This document shows positions 48,601 through 60,600 of a stretch of DNA of 64,000 bases, piece after piece. Position 1 is the first letter of the stretch. Each line of letters begins with the position of its first letter. Under the pieces are notes generated by a model that saw nothing but the letters and a program-made list of their open reading frames with translations, was not told where the DNA came from and searched no databases. Source of the stretch: Macrostomum lignano (Eukaryota); the NCBI GenBank assembly GCA_002269645.1, contig NIVC01003130.1, positions 54,060 through 118,059 on the forward strand, given 5' to 3'. Both the position numbers and the translations under genes were made by a program.

Positions 48601-51600
48601 CTAACAGGCTTAGGTGTCTGTCTAACAGATTTAGGTGTCTGTTTAACAGATTTAGGTGTCTGCCTAACAGGTTTAGGTGTCTGTCTAACAGATTTAGGTG
48701 TCTGTCTAACAGATTTAGTGTCTGTCTAATTGATTTAGTGTCTGTCTATCTGGTTTAGGTGTCTGTCTTAACAGGTTAGGTGTCTGTCTAAAAGGTTTAT
48801 GTGTCTGTAAATATGTTCTAAAGAGCTTTCTAACAGGCTCAGGTGACTGTCTACAAAGTTTTTGTAGGATATGTTTGTCAAACGTGTTTATGGGCGCGGT
48901 GTCTCTTGAAGGTTTAAAAGGGGTCGGCCCAATATGTTTGTAAAAATTTGACTAACATGTTTTTAATGTGCCTAACTAACAACACATATCAACACATTGT
49001 GCAACAGACACAAACCGCGTCTTTCAGATCGTTTTTAAACATTTTTTAAATCTAGAAACAAGTAAAATTTTAATAATCTACATTTTTTCAGTCCTCCAGC
49101 TCTGGCAGCCAGTCCAGCTCGGCCTCTCCGCCAAAGAACGCGCCCTTGGCTATCATCATCGAGCCGTCCCGGGAGCTGGCCGAGCAGACCCTGGATCAGC
49201 TGCGCAAGTTCAAACGCTACCTGACTAATCCTAGCCCTACTGAGCTGCTTATCATTGGCGGGCAGGCTGTCAAGGAGCAGCTGGACTCCCTGCGGCGCGG
49301 TGTGGACATTGTGGTGGCCACGCCAGGCAGGCTGAAGGACCTCATCGATCAGGGCGCGCTGTCTCTGCAGGCCTGCCGACTGTTTGTGCTGGACGAGTGC
49401 GACGGCCTGCTATCGGCTGGGTATGGAAGCCTGATTGATGGCATCCATAGGGCCATTCCTAAGGTGAGCGGCTTTGGGGCATTGTGAGGGAGTGCTGCTA
49501 TCGGTTAGGGGTAGAAGGGGATCCTTCGTGTTGTTTAAGGCCAAAGTGGTCTAAAAGCGATTCTCAGTATCCTTCAGAGGCAATTCCCAATTTCCCGATA
49601 AAAACGGTACTCAATCCAAGAAGAAAAAGCGTCCCAGAGTTACTTGCGTCGCCCCAGAACCGTTGCAGATTATACAGGTAAAATAAGAAAAAAAGTGACT
49701 CTAAACGACAACGACGATGAGAAGTCATGGTTCAAATCGTCACACAGTTGTCTAAGAATCGCCCAAAAGTCACTTCGAGGCTCTGGGTTGACTCTCGTGG
49801 CCGTGGGGCGACTCTATAACGACTCTTTATTTAGTTTAGTTATAAATTCAGTCACTGAAAAGTTTCACACGAAGCACTTTTGAGGCATTGCAAATCGTTG
49901 GTGCTTTATCACTTCTGAGACATTCTGGATGCGTTACAGCATTAAGGTCGTTGCTGCCGACTACAGTTAGCTGCAGTTATTGTTGTTTTGCATGGATTAA
50001 AGAAATAGACACAAGAAAGATTAGTGGAAAAAACAAATAATAAATATAAAATCCAAGCTTATTGAAAATGGCATGCACAGTATGGCTACATGTATTTATC
50101 TGTGTCTGACATTATTAAGGCGCACAGGCTGATGTCAGTTCCGCCGAGTCAGATTTTTTTCTGTTCGTCATTGACGGTCACCAATAGTACGCGTACATCA
50201 TTATCTAGAGCGAATATCTATATATTCGGTTACCCAATCTTCCAATTGCTGTTATAGCTGTTTGAAAAAGCTTTTTGACTAATAGTGATTAACGATAATT
50301 AAGTCAACAATTAAAAATAAATTAAACCAATAACGATAATGAAATAATTTCGAAATTGAAATAATCTTCAATCAAATAGCCGATAGAGCGAGGCAACCGC
50401 TTGACACTTTTACGCCTTCTAATTGAAGGAATTATTTCAGAAAAAGCAGCACGCAGCAGAAATCAGCAGCTCAAAGCAAAAAACCGGGGCTTGGTTCAAT
50501 TCTTAAGCAAAAACAGAAAGAGGGCAATGATGGGGCTAAATATTATGTAGCAAAAGCACAATAAAGGAAAAAAAGAAAAACGAAAGAATTGGTCGTGTTT
50601 GATGATCAAACTGCTTGATGTTGCCGAACTTAATCCACATTCTAGTAGGAGGTCTTTCGAAGAATTGTACGTGAATTTCCTGTCGACGAATCCGAATTCC
50701 TGAAACCGGGTCATTGCAGACCATAGCAGGCCAAAAAGGGTATGTAGAAAACTTAGCGTTGATTATGTCTCCGCACTCTAGTGTTCTACACATGTTTGTG
50801 TTGTAGACGGCTGCTGTTAAAATTCACCTCAGCAGATTGCTTTTTCTCTGCAGGTTCTGACGAATCGATCGGTGGAGGTTGGGACGAAGATGAGTGCCGT
50901 TTGTGCACAACCTATTTTTCAGGTTTGCTTTGGACTGCTTTCTTTTTCTTTCCATCCGAAGCATCGTGATTGACCTTCTTACGACAGACAGGCCACGAGT
51001 TCTTGGCTAGTGTGCAACTTGACGTCGGTGCATCAACACTGCCTTGGCCATCCGCTAGAGCGGTATCGAATGTTGATTCCAGCGCAGACTTCGCGGCTCG
51101 GGCATAAGTAGTTGTGTTCGCCATGTAAGACTTAACGGCAACAGCCCTTGTGTGGTTCATCGAATATTTCACAAGATGTTGCTTCTCGGGGTCGTTTCCA
51201 TTTAATTCACGGTTTTAGCCTCCAAAAAATGGCGAAAGCTGTTTGCGTTCAAGCGCTTAATAGTTTCGAATGCTGGATACTTTGATCTCTTGTCGCAGAA
51301 GTGTCGAGAATGAGTGGTCTCTTGCGCCGAATAAAAAAAGATGATCATTAGGTTTGGCGCCAGATTTAAGTCGATGCTCACCATATGCAATAAGCAAATC
51401 CTTAACTTCTTCGACAGAGATAAAAACCGGTCCTAACTCTCCGGTTTTATGCTTAAAAACTTTGAATAGCGCTCCTTCTTTACGGCTCTCTTCCTCCTTC
51501 CAACAAGTGAATTCTTTCACTACGGCGTTTGAAACAACGTCGGCCCTGTTAAAGTGCTACGAGAACACATAAAATTGAGTCCTAGATAGAGAATTCTTTC

Positions 51601-54600
51601 CTCAGATTGATTATTGGCTTCAACCGGAGGCTTCAACGCTTGTATGCAATCAAGAATGGAACGGATTTCTTCAACGGAGAGTATTTCCTCGTCCAGTTTT
51701 ATTCTGCGCAAAGTTTCGGCGCGTTTCTTATCCTGTAAACGAGACTTTCCGTAGCACGCACAAGTCGCCTCAAACGAATCTAGCTCTGAAGTCATCTCGC
51801 TACGTTCAATGAGCTTTTTAAATCGGGACCGTAAGTACTCGTAAGTGCCAAGGCGCCGTGCTCTTCTCAGTTAAGAAGGATGAAACAGCGCGATGATTGT
51901 CTTCCTTTATAACATCGAATAGGTCGTCCGTGCCGATGTGCCGCATAATAGCAGACTGAACTTCGACGAAGCTGCACAGATGTACTTGCAGCTTTTTTGT
52001 TCATTCGTAACTTTTAAGATGCTCCTCGAAATCATCGAGCGTTGGCACATTAGTAACAGTTTCATTAGATGCTGGTGCCTCAGACTTAATTTTCTTAGCT
52101 GCGCTTGCTGCCCAAGATTGTTCGACAGTCTTCCTTTTCTCTACCTTAAATACATCAATCGCATCAGAAGCTGGTAATTTGTTGGCAAAGAAGCATTAGT
52201 CTTCTCAATTGCCAAACAAGTTTCATTAATGGGATTTTATGTACGCTCGTATAATTCCACAAAAAAGTGGCCACACAGTGAAATAACAAAAATACATGGA
52301 AGTTACGAGAGCATATAGGCCAAAAAAACTATGAATAGATACGTAAAGATGCCGAAATCGCGAGTAATTAGGAAGGAATCAATATAACTATAGCTGGTGC
52401 ACAAAAGGTACTTGTTATTCGTCCAGAGGCGGACAAATAACGATGGCTTACACAAAAACATGCTGTCAATCGACAGCTCTTGGACACTAAAATTTTAATG
52501 ACAGAATTTTGCCAAGTTTTCATTAGCACTTCATTAGCATTTAACAATATAATCTTTTAACTAATTAAGCACCATAAAATATGGATATATATTGAATTAA
52601 CTGTAGCGGAATATAAACAGTAAGTTGCATAAGAGGATAATTACAAACTCACTGCAGCTACCCTGCGGAATTATAATGCACTTGTGCTTCAGCTGAACAA
52701 TTTAACATACTGGGTTGAAGGTTTCAACCAATTATTCTCATTGTGAGAGACTTAATACCGGTATCGATTACGCCAAGTCGGCGCCCAGACTCTACTTGGC
52801 GGCTGTCGTAATATTTCAAAAATATTTTTTCACCCTACCATAAGTTAAGTAGAATGTTGAGGGTATGTAAGCTTTTTTACTTTGTGCTGTCACCCTATTT
52901 GAGTAACTAGTCTGCACTTGTCATGTTCGTGTAAACGATAAATTTTATTTAGGTAAATCCTAGGTATTTTTTAATATCTAGATATATTTTAACACGGAAA
53001 CTGAGGTATCTTGTGAATTTATTAAAGCCGCTACTAATAGTAATACTTTATTATGCCATATATTTAATTTGTCATAAAACTTACTGAAGGAATTTATATA
53101 TTTTTATTATATTATAAAAGACTTTGTATTACCAGTGACAATAAAACACGTCAACATTGTTACTAAAAGTACAGCGAAGTAAAAAATGAAAAATTGCGTA
53201 GCAAAGTGTGGTGCGTGGACTTCAAATTACGATGTTTAAAGATACCTAACATTTTCTGTGGTAAAAGCTCACAGACTATAGAACTAGAGCGTTAATTAAC
53301 GTAAAAAATATTGAAAATATTTGTAAGAAACTATTGGTAAAGTGACTTTTACTACACAAAGAAAAGATAAAAGGTCTCTCTCTACTCTTGGGAGGCGGTT
53401 GATTGCACGCTGTTGAATCAGACATTTAGCCTAATTGACGTAAGCTGTAATAAATATAGGTCAGATGATAATTTGCACTCCAAAAAGGCATAGAAGTTGG
53501 CGGTACTCTACGAGGTAGTACTTGTCCTTATCCTTGCTCGTGCGCATGTCCCTTAGGAATTGATTTACACTAGCTTCAACTGATGACCACGAGAAGTTTC
53601 GCTTTACCGAGAGCAAGTGAACTTTCAGCGCATCCTTGCCGTGACAAACTTTCTAGCCAATGAATTGGATCGTGTCTATTAATAGATTCCAAATCGACGG
53701 TCGTGCCATCGTGACACACCAACTCGGCAAGATAAACAGCGTGGATAACTTGCCGTTCCTTAGCAGCGACCAAGTCAGACAGAAGGCGATTGTCTTCTGG
53801 CCGCAACTTCATTTGACTCAGCTGACTGAAGTGCAGCCAGCATAGCTCTTTTGTGCACCATCGGGTTCTTGAAGGCAATCCTTGGGTGCTTTTCTGCCGT
53901 GGAACCTGCCAGTTCAGTTGACTGCGCCTGCGACGATTGTACTGCGAATCAAACGCCGCAGATAAGCTGTCATCGCTTAAACTAAGATTAGCATCACAAT
54001 CCACATTGTTTGCATCTTAACTATTAAGAATGATACAAAATCTGATGTAGTTTGCTGCTCAATAACTTCTGAAGCAGTTCTTTTAAACTGCAAATATTCC
54101 CGAAGGCGTTAAACTGTCATGTACAAAATGAAGGCAGAATCTGAAGGGCTGCACAATTCACCTCTAGTCAATTGGCGCACAAGAAATTGATGAATAGAAA
54201 GGAAATCAGTTGTGACCTCCAGTGAGAGCGGTTTTTCTTTGCTAATTAAAAACTGCTTACATTGCTGGCACCCTTTGTTGACTGATTTGGTCAGGTAGCC
54301 TGCGACGTAGAACATTACGTTCAGAAAGCCTTGCTCATTTCTGCGCAAGGATGAGCATGGTTCATCAGAAATGATCATTATGAACGAGAGAGTATTGTTG
54401 GGCGATAAACTTCACAAATTTAAGGTCAGAATCTTCGGCAATGGATTCAAGATAGCAACTTAAAACTTATTTGACAAATAAAGATAAAGCGGCCGAATCG
54501 TTAGTTTATCAAAATAAGACTTAGCAATGCCAACATGTTTTCCAAAGTTCACAGCTGTCGCAAATGCGATAAATCCTTTTGATTTGGAAACAGATGACTG

Positions 54601-57600
54601 AACTGGACAGGACTATGAGCTGGGGAAGCAAGTCCAAACATAGACGCCTGAAAGGTGAGATCCCTAAGCACAATGACTGAGGCAAGAAGCTGATGAGCTG
54701 AATTGAATTGTGAGACGGACCTCTTGATTCGGTAAAATAAAATAGATTCATCGTCCGTGCTTCTCACAAATCCTGATAAAAGCATAGAACTTTCAACCTT
54801 CATTAGAGCATCCTCAAAATCATGCAATTCATCGTTTCCAAGGAATTCGTCAGTGCACTGGTTTGAGCCTGGACACAGCTTTAGCTTTGAACAGCTGGAA
54901 CAGCTTTAGCTTTGAGTCGAATCAGCTGCATTTTCGAATTCAAAGCGGCAAGTTTTCGCTTCCCATCCGATGAAAGAGTCACAAAATCAGATTCCGTAAA
55001 ATTTTTGATGCACAGAATCTGATGCACTTAGATTTCTGTTCGGAATGGCATGTAGCCATCGCTGCAGCAAAGAAGGGTCCTTTGGAAAAGAATAGAAGCT
55101 TATTTTCTTATCTCTTGGTGTCGCATTTGCATAGCTGGAAATTACAGACAATAACACAGCATTTGAAAATTTTATTTTTTTGTTACTCTAAACTTTGTTG
55201 AAGATATATAAATGAGCTGCAACAAAGGGACAAGGGAAAAGGCACATGTACTTGCATTGTTCAACTCTAGAGCCAGAGTACGCACTATTGTGTACATAAT
55301 GTACATTAAGCATCTTTAATTCATTGTTTTCCTCTTCAAAATCATTTTATTCTCACCGTCCTCTCTGCCCCGGCTCTTCTGATCTTTCGAAAAAAGGACG
55401 TTGGGCAAGTCATACTAGTTTTCTTTGCAAGAAACATTGGCCTGGTCCAGACAGGCCTGAATCGGGAAGTATTACTTCATATGTAGAGTATTCCCTGTCT
55501 GGGCCCCAGCTAGCCAGGCGTGCAGTGACATGGAAGATACACGTACAGATAGTGCACACATAGCTTGGGGGAGCGTTCAGAGGAGATTGACTCCACAGAG
55601 AAAGAAGTAAGACTAGACTGCCCAGCCAACCCCCTCCGCGGACGGTACGATCCCTCCGTGAAAAATCCGGTATTTAAAGCTCTTGAAATCTTTTTTCGAG
55701 AGATTATTTCCAATCAATCATTTTAAAGCTTGCTTGTACAGTTATAGTATGAGTTAAACTTACTAGGCATCCACTGAAATAGGCTGAACTTCAGGTAGAA
55801 AAATATTTCTGTCCTTAGGAGCTTTTGCCTCGTCCCTAATTTGCTTCTTGTGCATGGAAGGTCTTTCGCCACACATTCGAATCCGCATGTAAAGCAGCGC
55901 CATGCTGCGAATCAAATGCAGCTCGTGGGATTCAATGCCAATGCTGGCAGCCGCGGAATACAAGTCAAGTTCGGGAAATGCATCAGCTGATATGCATCGG
56001 CTACCACATTGCAGTAGTAAAAGGCTGTGCCATCGTCTTAGCTGCGTCGCTGATATAGTTCTTGTAAAGCTTGATCACAAAATCCAGGAATGCATTTAGC
56101 GTTTGAAATCCGCTTTTGAAGTTAAAGAAGGCCTGGTTGGCTGCCCCGAGACGTCTGGCCGCTCGACAACCGGGGCTTTCGGGATAGTGCTAGCTGAAGT
56201 ATCTCGCTCAGGCGCAGGCGGCGGGCTCAGCGGGCGCGCCACCGCCTGTGGTAGAGGCCTGAGCGGCTCTAGTTTTCCGCCATGGTCGGCAGACCACCGG
56301 TCGCCTGGTGGCCTGGCGCAGGGACAGGCGGGCCTCCTCCTCGGCCTCGGCCTACTCCTCCGGCTGCGCCGCCTGGGCCGGGTGGCGGCTGCGGTGCTGC
56401 GGCTGGGGCTGCTGGCTGTGCGGCAGGCTGGGCAGCTGGCTGGGCAGCCGCCTGGGCAGCCGGGCGGGCAGCCGCGGCGGCTCCGCCTTGCGCAGCGAGC
56501 TGCGCCTGTACCTGTGCGAGGAGTGGGCCCAACGCAGCCAGGTCCACCTGTGGGGCGGCGCCTCCTATGGCCTGCGCTAGCCCTTGGCCCTGCGCGGCGG
56601 CGCCAGTGGCCAGGACATTATCGACCATGGTGTTATACTCCGCACGGTCCATTGGCTGAGCTCCGGCAGCCTCGGCAAATGCTGCGTACTCTCCGTATGG
56701 CACAGGCCTGATGTTGTCGGCGCTGTCTAGCCACTGCTGGATCGCAGTGCCGGTCCGGGCCATTGACGTCCTGTAGCTGATCAGTAGGTGCCGCCAATCA
56801 TCACTGTAGTCTGCAAACTGATTGCAGAGCCAGGTAGCGCCGGACCTGACTATCGGCGAAGAGCCGAGCGAATGGGTCGGCCGCAGAATTTCGAAAAAGG
56901 TGGCCAGATGACCGAGGCAGTTATTCGTGCACTCAAGATCAAGCGGCTCCTGCGGCTCGCCAGTCAGGTACGCGGCACCGACGTGGTACCGGCCCGGGCC
57001 TTGGTGCTGTGCACCGTACCATTCCAGACGACTGGGTCGGCTGGGGCATCGTCGCCGACCTCGTCTTCATTGCACACTGCGCTGTGGCCCCGCAAGGATT
57101 GTGTTGCGGCAGCCAGCACATCCAGAGGGATAGCGAACGCAAGCGATATATAACAACATATTCATAGGCTTTAGGACTATAAAGTGCAAGGTGGGTGCAA
57201 ATTTCACACTTAAGTAAAATGTCGAAAATTTTCTTGTCCACTGATTGCTTTAGAGAAAAATGCTGCTAATCAAAATATTCCAGGTCAAGAATTCATGCGC
57301 AGCTGGTTCATTCAAAATGCATTTTTGTGAATCTCGATATCGCCTTTTTTGGGGTTCTCACTTTTCCCTTAATTTTCCTGTGCATTGAGCGCATGATAGA
57401 GTTTTGTGGTACTTGTTTTGAAGAGAACGTTTGTAAGATTTCAATAGCTTTTGCACCTTTCTTGGACTGGGCATGGACAGATGGCACGAAGGTCTTGATG
57501 ATGAAGATAGTGATTAATATCGGTTGCCGAATCAGACTTCGTCTCTCTGCCTTAAGGTGCCTGAAATGCTTCAAAATCAACTTCTTGAGCGGCCCGTCCT

Positions 57601-60600
57601 CGAGTGTCACGTCGGGATGGTTCATAAAAACTTCTTGGACCCGCCGTAGTCGATTGGAGCAGCAGAACCTGGCCAGTAGGCAGACCCTGGCCCGTGGAGG
57701 GATCCACAGCTCAGGGCATCACATTGCCTCTAGCCAAGAGAAGGGCTTTCTCAATTGCAGAGCCATTCCATATCTTGACTTCTTGACTTCTCAATGTAGC
57801 CCTCACCTCGGGAGAAACCGATGCATCGTCAACGACTTCCGTGAGCAGGTCGTCTTCGGCGAATACCACATGGAGCAGCGCCCTGAGCACATACATTGAT
57901 GAGCACGGTATTTTGCTCTATGTGTGTTTCCACAGCGCACATAAGAGCGGAGTTGTTCCTGGCCTTAACCTGTAGTATAGCAACAGAAAGGGAAACAAAA
58001 TGTTCAGAGCTATTATGCAGTAGTAATGTTCAAAGGGAAACACATTAACATTACTATTGCATGCTCCACTTTCTTGCAGTCAACAAATCTAAATAACACA
58101 CCGGTAACATTAGAACATAAGCCCTCTCCCAACTGTTTCGTTTTTCACCCTTTATAAACAGTTGAAGGGACTACATGTATAAGATCTCCCTAACAACTCA
58201 CAACAGCCTTGTTTATAGTTATATCATCATTTTATTTGTGGAAATACAGTCCTGGAATTTCTCGAGCTCTGCATCCGTTCAAACAGAAAGATTCACATGA
58301 ATCGACATCGAAACTGCAGGGTAAACTCCGGCCAGACTGGCGACTCCACACTGCAGCGCATCTCAGCTTCAATCACTCTTAGATGGAGCAGTTGCATCCA
58401 GTAAATGCCTAGTGAAGCAAACACAGATAATACAATAATTTAATACAGATATAAGTCAGTTTCCCACTTCTCTTGCTGCTTTAACTAGCTTTAGCAGCCC
58501 ACCAGGATATGAATCTTAGATTTAAAAAAGCCTGAAAACGTGTCTATTCGGCTTACTTTACTGATGAACAAAAATCATTACTGTACTCGTATTTTACGTG
58601 TACCTTCGATTGATACCCAACGTATTCGCTGAATTCAACCTGCCTCTTGGCATATGCCCCCAACTAAGTAAGGTACGGCAGAAAGTGCACCCTGAGAAAT
58701 AAGAAAAATAATTTCGATCTAAAAACGGCCTAATCATTAATTTTCTTTAAAAATCGTACTCTGGCTTTAATTAATTAATTAAATCTTTAATTAAATTAAA
58801 TTATCCAAAATTTAATTTAATTTTAATTCCTCGAGAAGACTTCTAAATATATTGCTAAAGCTTTTTATTAGCACAAAAGCTTAAAACGTGGGTCTAAATA
58901 CGAGCGTATGCATTCAAGATAGCTACTACCACTGCTGGCACTCACGCGCTGTCACCATTGAAGCACTATATTCGCAGAGCCCAGTTGGCTGCTAAAGCTG
59001 GCCAGAGTACGAGTAGCGCACCCATCTTCAAGCTGGTGTTGCGGCTGGATTCCGGTTGGCACTTTGAGACAGGCTTATGTGAGATGCTGTGAGTTGTAGG
59101 ATATAGAGAGATAGATGCATCATTTACATGTACAAGATCACGATTGTAAATGGTGCTCCAATAAAATATGTCAAATGAGTCAAAGAACGAAATTTACTTA
59201 CCCTTTCATCTTTTGTCGCTTCATCCAAATTATGCTTAGTGGAAGCAGCGATTGCCGACCAGTCTTCCTTACTCAATTCGGCAGCACATGTGCAAGTAGA
59301 TCACTTTGGCTAAGCCGCTTCTCTCGTATGACAGTACGCAACATGTTTACAGTGTCTGTTGTGTCACATTCGTGTGCTGTGACATGGAGAACAACAGCAT
59401 CCTCCAGCTTCTCACCATATACTACTTGGATCGGCACTTCAGTTGAGGTGCCAGTTTTCTCCACTGCTCCGGTTTCCAGGAAGCATGTGCACATAGTGAC
59501 TACCTCACTACCTCCGGTAAATCACCGGTTAAGATAGATAAAGTTGATCCACCTGTATATATTATTTATATATATATTATGGACACTTCTACAGCTTAGC
59601 CTAAGGCGGGTATAGGTCTTGACAGCATGGTCATATAATGCATCGCTACCACTTGGGCTCCAGCCTTGGGCCGCAGCAGCGGTATTGCCAGAAGTTAATC
59701 GTCAATTATGCACAGAACTAAGAAATATTCCTGTGGCTTTGTCTTTGGCGGTTCTTACAATGTAACTGATCTTGTTGTCATGGTAGATAGTGTCATATGT
59801 AGGCGTCCAGCCTTGGAATGTTCCGTGGTTCTGGATGCCAGACCAGACGACGCCACGTTTGGTAATGATTAACGTTGTGTCATGTCAAAACTTCTCGATT
59901 AACTAAAGTTGAGCGGCAAAGTGGTTTTCTCATTGCAACTAAGTTGGTTTAATTTGAATCGTGTCAGATGGCAGCATTTAGTCACGAAACTCCACTCGAA
60001 TCCGGCGTAGGTGAACCGAACAGCTGCCTGAGCTTTCATTTAAAGCTGTGGGAGCTGCTGTTGCTCTCCATGATCTTCTCTTAAACCTTCCAAATGGACC
60101 TCAGGTGGCTCTTTCTTCATCAGGTCACATGAAAGAACATAAAAACAGCAAAAAAGCTGTTGTACAAAGTAACAGTAGCAATCGGGCTGATAAACTTCAG
60201 TCACTGTACTAGTTAAATTGATGCTGACACAGTAATATGCAGCTGGATTTACGAGTACACATGCAACGAAGCCTTCATAGGACAAAATAAACAACGAAAA
60301 AATGACACTGAGCAAGATTTAAAAGAGCATCGACTACTGGCAGTCATAAAATGGTTAGCAAACGACGCCAAGGAAAGATGGCGAAGGCGACGAAGAAGGG
60401 CAGAATAGGCCCCTGTGAAAAAATCGAATTTATTTTGCTGCACTCAATATTTTGATGGTGATTAAAATAAAACAAGAAATACAGAAAGAAAAAATGCACA
60501 CAAGGGCGGCTCAATCGCCCTGTTTTAACTGTAGATAGAAAACATTTTTAAGCAAATAGCTCCCTCTGTGTTTACGTTTAATTTGTTTTGGAATATGTCT

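Noticed and set aside
53480-55300. Terminal inverted repeats for the P-like element
   Set aside because: Only a 7-bp gtactct match between candidate ends; insufficient to call.
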